A stretch of DNA of 33,599 nt, taken from positions 1 through 33,599 of the forward strand of contig CAYTUZ010000002.1 in the NCBI GenBank assembly GCA_964441635.1. Reading direction: 5' to 3'. The notes beneath the pieces are model-generated. The model was not told the DNA's origin. It saw nothing but the letters and a program-made list of their open reading frames with translations, and did not search any database. Position 1 is the stretch's first letter, and every line of letters begins with the position of its first letter. The position numbers were made by a program, and so were the translations under genes. Source of the stretch: an uncultured Candidatus Saccharibacteria bacterium. GTDB lineage: Bacteria; Patescibacteriota; Minisyncoccia; Phycocordibacterales; PALSA-1337. Below, piece by piece: positions 23,498 through 31,062 of the stretch.

Positions 23498-25352
23498 AAT
23501 TACTCTCGAAGAATACACTCCCTCCTCGCCACGACGAAGTGTCTTCGTTCGGCTCGTCCCTCGCGGACTCGGGACTCGACCGAAGTCGACACTTGTCGCT
23601 GGCTGCGACGGTCGTGCATTCTTCGGAATAATCTTAATTCTTGTAACAATTTTTCTTTGCCTAGTGTCAGTCATGCTAATAACGCACAAAATCGGCAATA
23701 ATTGGCAAGGCATACCGCCGCAAGTTATTGATGACGATCTCTATTACTATGCGCGTATCACCGATGTCGCCAAAGGCCACCCATTCTTGGGAAATCCTTA
23801 TTTCCTCGAATACAGTGGCGCGATGGCTCCGGCTTTTTTCCTGCCAGACTGGATCAATGCCGCGCCGCTTTTACTCGGCCTGCCGCTCATCCCGACCATC
23901 ATCCTAAATTTCCTCTTGTGGTCGGTTATCTTCACGATCCTTATCTATCTGATCGCGCGCCAGTTCGACCTATCGCCGCCGGCTTCGGCTATTGCCGCTA
24001 TCGTTTCTTTTTTGGAAACTTATTGGCTCATGATGCGTCCAGTTGCCATGCAAGTCATTTTTCCATCATTTTTGTTATTTTTGCTAGCACTCATTCTTTG
24101 GCTAAAACAAAAAGACAATCGAAGCCGCCAAATATTCCTGATCATAGCAAGCGCTCTCACTTTTTATCTTTACGCTTACTTGTGGCAGATCGTCTGCATA
24201 ATTCTCGGCCTTTTATTCATTTATTTTCTCTTCCAGAAGCAAATCAAAACCGCGCGACAACTCTTCGTTATTTTTATCGGAACGATCGTCCTATCAATTC
24301 CAGCTATTATTTACACTGTGAAGCAAATTCAAGCACCCTTTTATTGGCAGACTATTGCTAGAATCGGACTCATTTCGACACATTTGCCAGCTTACTACGC
24401 TTACCAATATGGCCGCTGGGTGATAATCGTTTTGGCGGCGTATTTCTTGGTTTGGTGGGTCGAAGTCCGACATCACGAGGTCCGACCTCGGCCAGAAATT
24501 ATCGCCCTTATTTTTTCCGGTTTGGGATTATTGATAATGTCGGTTAGTAATCTCTTGACTGGCAAAGAATTGGAAACAGCTTTGCATACTGGCAGATTCA
24601 TCACTTTGTGGGTGCCAATGTTCTTTACGATCTTGATTTTCAGGTGGTGGAAAGAAAAAACATTATTTAGCAGATCAAATTGGCAAGGTTCAGCTTTGTT
24701 TATAAAGGTTTGTATATGTATTTTAATATTACTGACAGCAGGTTTTCTCGTTTCAAACCTCAATCGTTCTTTACCTTGGAGCCAAATCAGCCGTACGGAT
24801 TTCAAACCATACCAAGAATATGCCGCGCCATTTGACTGGTTAAATCAAAATGCTTCTTCCTCGAACGTCATTTGGGCAAACGAGAACATTAGCACTTATC
24901 TTCCAGTCATGACCCGAGATTACGTATTCTGGGATCATCTCGGCACTTTACATTTGATGCCGAGCCGAGAAGTCGAAGACAGATTCCTTCTTTCTTGGAT
25001 TGGGACGTCGACTTCCGCGGCGGATCTCATTGGCGATTACAGATCATATGACGGTGCTGGTCCGGTCTGGAAATACACCGACCTATATTACAAGAATAGG
25101 TTAGGTTGCGATTTCAAACTATCCTGTGCACCTGACAAAACTTTGGCGCAATGGATTGGCATAGGGTTTATCAAGGATTTGGAAGCTCGGCAAGCGATAC
25201 TGAAGAGTAACTTAAAAGAAAATCTCAAGAAATATTCGGTCAGCTATGCGGTTGCAGACAAGTCGCTCGATGAAGATAAATATTTTGACACGCTGCCATT
25301 CCTCAAACAGGTCTGGCACAATCAGCGATTTGTCATTTACAAAGTTAAATAA
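23475..25352 (+). CDS. Large polytopic membrane protein with a C-terminal soluble domain; possible GT-C-like glycosyltransferase
   Basis: About 12 hydrophobic helices. Acidic first-loop motif VIDDDLYYYARI. Sits next to a Ppm1-like GT2. The family assignment is inference. Confidence 0.6.
   Translation: MFWQRKNKITLEEYTPSSPRRSVFVRLVPRGLGTRPKSTLVAGCDGRAFFGIILILVTIFLCLVSVMLITHKIGNNWQGIPPQVIDDDLYYYARITDVAKGHPFLGNPYFLEYSGAMAPAFFLPDWINAAPLLLGLPLIPTIILNFLLWSVIFTILIYLIARQFDLSPPASAIAAIVSFLETYWLMMRPVAMQVIFPSFLLFLLALILWLKQKDNRSRQIFLIIASALTFYLYAYLWQIVCIILGLLFIYFLFQKQIKTARQLFVIFIGTIVLSIPAIIYTVKQIQAPFYWQTIARIGLISTHLPAYYAYQYGRWVIIVLAAYFLVWWVEVRHHEVRPRPEIIALIFSGLGLLIMSVSNLLTGKELETALHTGRFITLWVPMFFTILIFRWWKEKTLFSRSNWQGSALFIKVCICILILLTAGFLVSNLNRSLPWSQISRTDFKPYQEYAAPFDWLNQNASSSNVIWANENISTYLPVMTRDYVFWDHLGTLHLMPSREVEDRFLLSWIGTSTSAADLIGDYRSYDGAGPVWKYTDLYYKNRLGCDFKLSCAPDKTLAQWIGIGFIKDLEARQAILKSNLKENLKKYSVSYAVADKSLDEDKYFDTLPFLKQVWHNQRFVIYKVK
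23529..23604. repeat. GC-rich imperfect hairpin within codons ~19-44 of the membrane-protein ORF
   Basis: Paired blocks GCCA/TGGC, CGAC/GTCG, AAGTGTC/GACACTT, TTCGG/CCGAA and GTCCC/GGGAC around the loop TCGCGGACTC. Confidence 0.55.
24476..24490. repeat. Palindrome CGAGGTC-C-GACCTCG inside the CDS
   Basis: Shares the 13-mer GAGGTCCGACCTC with 21129-21141. Preceded by a direct repeat of GTCCGAC. Confidence 0.45.
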
Positions 25353-25397
25353 GCTGAATTCTTTGCTTTGTAAAAAAAACATGATACCCTTGAATTT

Positions 25398-25538
25398 ATG
25401 AGCAAGGTAAATATTCACGAAGACACACGCGTAGCCGAGCCAAAAAATATTGGCGAGGGCACCAGCGTTTGGCAGTTTTCCATTCTCAAAAAAGGCTGCT
25501 CAATCGGCGAGGCGGCCGTGAAAGTACTTGGGCAATAA
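25398..25538 (+). pseudogene. N-terminal stub of a left-handed beta-helix (hexapeptide) sugar N-acetyltransferase
   Basis: The 46-codon ORF MSKVNIHEDTRVAEPKNIGEGTSVWQFSILKKGCSIGEAAVKVLGQ* resembles the first ~40 aa of FdtC/QdtC/WbbJ-type acetyltransferases (xIHxxAxIxxxxxIGEGTxIWxFxHI), then terminates. Confidence 0.5.
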
Positions 25539-25543
25539 CTACC

Positions 25544-26329
25544 ATGAATACCACGAAAGATCTGTCAAACAACAAAAACAGGTTGGCTATAGTCGCAGGT
25601 GGGATGGGGTATGTAGGTTCGGCGATGGTTCGGCGACTGGCCAAGAGTGGCATGAAGGTTGCCGTTCTCTATCACATTGCTACGCCAAAAGAAGTTTCGG
25701 GTCTACTTTCGGAACTTTCCGGTCACGGAAGCGCGTACTCGTGCGATCTCAAGGACGCCGCTCTCGTAGAACGCACGATGGAGAAGATCGTCAAAGAACA
25801 GGGTATGCCATACGTCTGCATAGATGCCGCCGGGTCCATGCCGCAGCAAAAGCAGTTGAACCTCTCTACTGTCGAAGAAGTTCGCGCCGAGCTCGAAGGG
25901 TCTGTTATCAGAGATTTTATATTCCTGAAATCATGCGCTTTTCAACTGAAGAAAAATAGAGAAGGTATTATCATAGGTATAACCACGGCCGGAGTAGTAA
26001 CTCCCGTAAATACAAAAGCCCGCGGAGCTTATAGTATGCAAAAATTCGCGCTTCAGGGCATGTTGGTCGCTCTCAAGGAAGAACTCGCACCTTACGGTAT
26101 CAATGTTTATTCCATTGCGCCGGGGGTATTGCCGGGCGGGCTAAACCGCGACACGCCAAAAGCTTTTTTGGACATAGTGCGTGCCAAGAGCGCGAGTGGC
26201 AAAATTGCCGAAGCTTCGGATATTGCTGACATAGTCGCATCCTTGTGTACTGGTAGCGATCGGTCGGAAGTACCTTTTACGATCCTGATAGCTCCCGAAT
26301 CAGAAAATCCAAAATCCGATGTTCTTTAA
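25544..26329 (+). CDS. Short-chain dehydrogenase/reductase (SDR) family oxidoreductase
   Basis: Gly-rich NAD(P) motif AIVAGGMGYVGSAMV and catalytic YSMQK (YxxxK). ATG 25544 is preferred to the track start 25469. Confidence 0.75.
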   Translation: MNTTKDLSNNKNRLAIVAGGMGYVGSAMVRRLAKSGMKVAVLYHIATPKEVSGLLSELSGHGSAYSCDLKDAALVERTMEKIVKEQGMPYVCIDAAGSMPQQKQLNLSTVEEVRAELEGSVIRDFIFLKSCAFQLKKNREGIIIGITTAGVVTPVNTKARGAYSMQKFALQGMLVALKEELAPYGINVYSIAPGVLPGGLNRDTPKAFLDIVRAKSASGKIAEASDIADIVASLCTGSDRSEVPFTILIAPESENPKSDVL

Positions 26330-27800
26330 TTCTCTGCAGTTTCTGATCTTCTTTGCGGTCATATTTCTCCTATATTATGGAGTTGTACCTGATCGCCATC
26401 GCTGGCTATTGCTTCTAGTCGGAAGTTGTTATTTTTATATGGCATATATCCCCAAATTTATATTGGTCTTGTTTGCATTGATAACTGTTGATTATTTTCT
26501 GGGACTCAAGGTGTCAAAAACTTCCGGCAAAACACGTAAATTCCTTCTTGTTCTTAGCATCGTCGTCAATATCGGTACTCTATTTTTCTTTAGGTACTTC
26601 AATTTTTTTAATGAAAATATCTCCTATATCGCGCAACTGATTCATTGGAATTATCCGTTGGTTTTGTTGCAAATTGCTTTGCCCTTAGGTCTTTCTTTTC
26701 ATGTATTTCAGAGCTTGAGCTACGTGATAGAGGTCTATAGGGGGAAACAGATGCCAGAAAGGAATTATGGTATATACGCTCTTTATGTGATGTTTTTCCC
26801 CCAGCTCGTGGCTGGTCCCATAGAAAGACCGATGCATATGTTGCATCAATTTTACGAGCCGCACAGTTTCGATGCCACGAAGGTCAGAAGAGGCTTGGAA
26901 ATGATGCTTTGGGGTTTTTTCAAAAAATTGATAATTGCCGACAGAGCAGGACAGATCGTGGATCATGTCTACGGAAATATCGCGGGATCCAACGGTTTTG
27001 TGGTAGGCGTCGCCGCAGTGCTGTTCGCCTACCAGCTTTATTGTGATTTTTCCGGATACTCGGATATTGCCGTCGGTTCCGCCTTGGTATTTGGTTACGA
27101 CTTAACCCGAAACTTTGACCGTCCATTCTCGGCTCGCTCGATAGCGGAGTTGTGGCGGCGATGGCATATCTCCTTGTCGAGCTGGCTTAGGGACTACTTC
27201 TACTACCCACTCACATTTACTGGCAAGAAAGTTACCAAGTTGCGCGTCTATACCAGCCTGTTTGTCACCTTCACTCTGATCGGTCTATGGCATGGGCCAA
27301 ATTGGACATATGTGATATTTGGAGCTTTACAGGGTATATATACAGTTTTTTCTTCTGCTTCTGCGGCGTGGAGGAAACGATTTCTTGCAATGATCACTCT
27401 CGATCAGCACAATATAGTCCATCATTTTATACAAACTGTAACCACCTTGATCCTGTTCGGAGCCAGCCTCGTCTTTTTTCGGGCCGCAAGTGTGCGTGAG
27501 GCGGGGCAGATCTTCGCCAGAATGGGAAACGCCATAGCTCATCCACTCCAGGGATTTACAGGCTGGGGCAGTTTTTTTAGTTATGAAAATTTTGGTGTGC
27601 AGACGCAGGTTATCATTATGCTAGTCGTTACCATAGCTTTTCTCGAATGGGTCCAATATCTACAGGCCAAAAAAGGAAATATATTTATACTGGAAACCAG
27701 TCGACGTTACTTGCGGTGGGGCGTGTATTACGGATTGGTCTTTGCCACTCTGCTTTTGGGATATTTTGGCGCGGAACCGTTTATTTATTTCAAATTCTGA
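26319..27800 (+). CDS. MBOAT-family membrane O-acyltransferase (AlgI/DltB/PatA-like)
   Basis: MFFNSLQFLIFFAVIF N-terminus, FWRRWHISLSSWLRDYFYYPL motif and conserved-His region IGLWHGPNW. Confidence 0.9.
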   Translation: MFFNSLQFLIFFAVIFLLYYGVVPDRHRWLLLLVGSCYFYMAYIPKFILVLFALITVDYFLGLKVSKTSGKTRKFLLVLSIVVNIGTLFFFRYFNFFNENISYIAQLIHWNYPLVLLQIALPLGLSFHVFQSLSYVIEVYRGKQMPERNYGIYALYVMFFPQLVAGPIERPMHMLHQFYEPHSFDATKVRRGLEMMLWGFFKKLIIADRAGQIVDHVYGNIAGSNGFVVGVAAVLFAYQLYCDFSGYSDIAVGSALVFGYDLTRNFDRPFSARSIAELWRRWHISLSSWLRDYFYYPLTFTGKKVTKLRVYTSLFVTFTLIGLWHGPNWTYVIFGALQGIYTVFSSASAAWRKRFLAMITLDQHNIVHHFIQTVTTLILFGASLVFFRAASVREAGQIFARMGNAIAHPLQGFTGWGSFFSYENFGVQTQVIIMLVVTIAFLEWVQYLQAKKGNIFILETSRRYLRWGVYYGLVFATLLLGYFGAEPFIYFKF

Positions 27801-27801
27801 T

Positions 27802-28908
27802 ATGAAAGCTTTTATATTCAAAGTTATACTGTTTACTATTCCTGTGTGCGTGATGTTTGCGCCGCCCTTGGCGGTATTTATCATAAGTGGAGAATACCTG
27901 CCGATATCTGCCGTCATAGAGAGACAGCGGATGGATCCGAGCGTCTTGTATATGTCCAGATTCACTTCGGATACCGACCGACCGCTCAAGTTACTCGCGA
28001 CCATCACAAAGAATCCCGATATATTGGTGCTCGGCTCATCGAAGACTTTGACCATCAAGTCGGATTTTTTTGACAATCACAGTTTTTATAACGCTGGCTA
28101 TCCAGCCAATGCCGCGATCAATGTCGAAGACCTTTCCGATTATATGTTAAACTTGCCCGTCGAAAGTAATCTCAAAGTCATACTGATCGATCTCTCGGGT
28201 TTTTTGACGGATTCTCCGGGCAGCCCGCCAGTATCAACAATGAAATATGAACCGCTCAAGCTTTTTCTAGCCACGGGATGGCGTGATATATACAAGGATT
28301 ATTTTGCCGGGCGATTGCCAGTCGACGAATTTATTTCCGCATCAAAGCAAAATAATAATATTGGTCTTAGGGCAATGTTGCTTACTTCCGGTTACCGTTC
28401 TGACGGCAGCTGGCAGAGAGGGCCAGCTGAAATAAAAAAAGGAATACAAAATATGCCAGCTGATATATCCCGAGTCGTTTCGTCGATAAATGGAGACCAG
28501 ATATCTGTGCCATTTTATACACCTTCTTTGTCGAGCGAAAATATCGCCAGTCTCGAAAGGTTCCTGGCGATTTGCAAGTCCAGGAATATATATGTCATCG
28601 GTTATTTTTCTCCTTATCCTTCGGAAATATATCAGGCTATGGAATCTCTTCAAAACGCGTCCGGAACAGCCTTCCGTAAATCACCAGCTATCTTGCGTGA
28701 TATCTTCCAAAAGCAAAACTATGATTTCTACGATTTGCGCGATGTATCGACCATAAAGTCATCAGACAAAGAATTCTATGATTTTGGTCATCCTTCCGAG
28801 AAGGGTTCTGTCCGCATTCTTACTTTTCTAGCAAACAAAGAGCCGAAATTGATGAGTTATCTGGACGTTACTACGCTAAAAAACAAACTGGCTACGGAGC
28901 CTTTGTAA
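27802..28908 (+). CDS. DltD/SGNH-like partner protein of the MBOAT (putative extracytoplasmic O-acyltransferase or esterase)
   Basis: N-terminal TM anchor. ILVLGSSKT (GSS nucleophile-like block) and a C-terminal FYDFGHPSEKG (DxxH-like block). Immediately follows the MBOAT gene, as DltD/PatB/AlgJ-type partners do. Confidence 0.5.
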   Translation: MKAFIFKVILFTIPVCVMFAPPLAVFIISGEYLPISAVIERQRMDPSVLYMSRFTSDTDRPLKLLATITKNPDILVLGSSKTLTIKSDFFDNHSFYNAGYPANAAINVEDLSDYMLNLPVESNLKVILIDLSGFLTDSPGSPPVSTMKYEPLKLFLATGWRDIYKDYFAGRLPVDEFISASKQNNNIGLRAMLLTSGYRSDGSWQRGPAEIKKGIQNMPADISRVVSSINGDQISVPFYTPSLSSENIASLERFLAICKSRNIYVIGYFSPYPSEIYQAMESLQNASGTAFRKSPAILRDIFQKQNYDFYDLRDVSTIKSSDKEFYDFGHPSEKGSVRILTFLANKEPKLMSYLDVTTLKNKLATEPL

Positions 28909-28946
28909 TCTGCGTCGAGTAGAAGTTAAAAGTCTTTTTTAATTTT

Positions 28947-29217
28947 TTAAAAATTGAGCGCATAACGGAAATCATGTCCCGGCCGATCTTTCACATATAT
29001 CCAGTAGCGCACATTCGAGCCTTTTCCATAAATCGGCACTTTCATATTCGAAAGAAGATTTGCTATGAACCGTGCCTCTATCATCTAGCACTGCAACACC
29101 AAATCTTTTGGGATCCTTTACTTCCTTCAGGAATATAGTGGCGCCGCCGCGAAAGCTTTTTAGATAGTCGTCGATCCACGTAGTCTTTGGCGATATAGAG
29201 ACCTTTTGTGTCGGCAG
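28947..29217 (-). pseudogene. Fused relics of rmlA-like (glucose-1-phosphate nucleotidyltransferase) and rmlB-like (dTDP-glucose 4,6-dehydratase) genes
   Basis: Minus-strand frame 1 reads KSFRGGATIFLKEVKDPKRFGVAVLDDRGTV (compare RmlA [25 protein letters not shown]). Shifted frame 29066..28947 reads IANLLSNMKVPIYGKGSNVRYWIYVKDRPGHDFRYALNF* (compare RmlB LPIYGKGDQIRDWLYVEDH and DRPGHDRRYAID, which are normally ~60 aa apart). No start codon, a frameshift and an internal deletion. Confidence 0.7.
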
Positions 29218-29267
29218 TTACCAACAGTATAGTCTTTTATAATCTTGAATGTTATCCTCTTTGTATC

Positions 29268-30884
29268 GTGAATCGCACTGAAAAGTTTGTTTTAATCCTC
29301 ATCGCATTATCTTTGGCTATCGGCCTCTGGCACGGTTTTCCTTTCACCAATGTTGTTGCTGACGAATCCTATTTTAGCGGCGCGGTCCTGCGTGCCATAG
29401 ATCATCATTCGATTTTACCTTTATCTCTGGATGTGCCTTACGGAACAGTTACTTACTATGTGAATTATGTTTTCATCAGCATTGAACTCATCATTCTTTG
29501 GGTCTTCAAAGGTTTCAGTCTTGCTTCATTGAAACTTTTTGTTATCCAATATCCCTTCGTTATTTATCTTGTCTCCAGAATTGTTAGCTTTCTCTTTGCT
29601 CTAGTTGCGCTCTTTGGCGTCAATAACGCTTTGCGCGCTTATATTTCCGATTATCGTAGTCGGCTGGCTTTGATCGCCATTCTATTCACAAATATTCTGG
29701 TCAATGTCATCTTTCATACCAGCAAGGTTTGGATCCTATCAACGCTCCTAATGCTGGCTTCATTTTATTTCTTATTGAAAGTCATTGAAACAGAAGAATA
29801 TTTAAAAGTAAGAAAATATATCTGGCTTTCAGTAATAACCGCTTTTCTAGCCTTCGCCAATTTTCCTTTGATGGGTGTAACTCTTTTGTGTGTGCCGGTG
29901 ATTTGGTATTACAAATATTATCGATCATCAAATAAAGAAGGCATAATGCGATCTATTTGTTCCTCTGTAATTGTTGGCGCAATAGTCGCATTGCTAATCG
30001 TGCTTAGCAATTTTTCTGGCATACGCGATCAAGTCCACAGCATTATTTTCGACTACACCTTATCTCCAAACGCCATCAAAACAAATGCGTCGCTCTTTTT
30101 TTCCACTTTTATACACTTGAAAAAGGTTGTCATGATGTTTCCCTTACTCGTAGCTCTGATCGCCTACTCGCTTATAAATTTCAAGATACGCCACCAGAAA
30201 CTCTTCAAACTGTCTTTGCTCTATGCTGCACTCTACATTCTTGTTTTAATATTCATCGATCGTTGGTCAGTGGGTGATCGGGCGTCATTACGGTATTTCT
30301 TCCCGTTGCCTTTTTTCTTGGCATTTATCATCGCGAGCTTCGATCTGCCTTGGAAAAAGCTTTTATGGATTCCAGTAGCTATTTCAGTCTTATACCTCAT
30401 ACCGACTCTGTATTATCTTTCGGTTGAACCAACCAACTACAAAGCAGTTCAGTTTGTGAGAACAGACTTGTCCGATGCAACTAACACTATTATCTGGAAT
30501 GACGTCGGTGCCGACACGGAATTGCCACAAAACAAGTCCGCGTACCTTCTCACTGATAAAAACGAGTGTGCTAGTAAATGCGAAGCTACGATCCAATACA
30601 ACTTGGAAAAAGATTTCAAGCCTCTGGTCTTGGATGCTCACAGTGATCCCGCGAAAATAATCGCGATTACTAAGAACGCACAAGTTTATTTTGTAGAACG
30701 CGCGGCAAGCTCAGCAAGCGCAGCTAGTACTAGTCCAAATCTACAATTAATTGCCGCCTTCACCAACCCGACCGCCGATCTGGAATATTATTCCGCCGAC
30801 GATTCCGGTAATTATTTTGACCTAAAATATTTTGAATTATCGCGTTATGGCCCAAATATTTACATCTACAAAGCAGTAAGATGA
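29268..30884 (+). CDS. Large polytopic membrane protein; possible GT-C-like glycosyltransferase
   Basis: More than 10 TM helices. First-loop acidic motif VVADESYFSG. C-terminal soluble domain. Sits next to a GtrB-like GT2. The start is uncertain: GTG 29268 follows TATAAT at 29238-29243, while the track uses GTG 29208. Confidence 0.6.
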   Translation: MNRTEKFVLILIALSLAIGLWHGFPFTNVVADESYFSGAVLRAIDHHSILPLSLDVPYGTVTYYVNYVFISIELIILWVFKGFSLASLKLFVIQYPFVIYLVSRIVSFLFALVALFGVNNALRAYISDYRSRLALIAILFTNILVNVIFHTSKVWILSTLLMLASFYFLLKVIETEEYLKVRKYIWLSVITAFLAFANFPLMGVTLLCVPVIWYYKYYRSSNKEGIMRSICSSVIVGAIVALLIVLSNFSGIRDQVHSIIFDYTLSPNAIKTNASLFFSTFIHLKKVVMMFPLLVALIAYSLINFKIRHQKLFKLSLLYAALYILVLIFIDRWSVGDRASLRYFFPLPFFLAFIIASFDLPWKKLLWIPVAISVLYLIPTLYYLSVEPTNYKAVQFVRTDLSDATNTIIWNDVGADTELPQNKSAYLLTDKNECASKCEATIQYNLEKDFKPLVLDAHSDPAKIIAITKNAQVYFVERAASSASAASTSPNLQLIAAFTNPTADLEYYSADDSGNYFDLKYFELSRYGPNIYIYKAVR

Positions 30885-30907
30885 CCACAAACTGTATATG
30901 AGCACGA

Positions 30908-31001
30908 GCCCACCTCGCACCGGCAAGGGAGGTGAGCTCGGCGAAGCGTTTAACAGCGTGTAGCGAGCCGAGCGAATCCCCCTTGCCGGTGCGAGGCGGG
31001 C
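30908..31001. repeat. Intergenic 94-nt GC-rich hairpin element
   Basis: 17-bp perfect stem (30913-29 with 30980-96), plus GCTCGGC/GCCGAGC (7 bp) and GCCC/GGGC (4 bp). No U-tract follows. Confidence 0.7.
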
Positions 31002-31046
31002 CTCGGCGTGATGTGTTGCGCGGGCGTGCTTATAAAACACTAAATG

Positions 31047-31055
31047 TGCTAGTAT
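31047..31055 (+). promoter_or_regulatory. Extended -10 element TGcTAGTAT
   Basis: Ends 7 nt upstream of the ATG at 31063. No SD. Confidence 0.4.
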
Positions 31056-31062
31056 TTTTCCC

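Noticed and set aside
25528-25959. 143-aa alternative-frame ORF within the SDR gene
   Set aside because: It has an Arg-rich nonsense composition. The SDR frame carries the Gly-rich NAD motif and the YxxxK catalytic motif.
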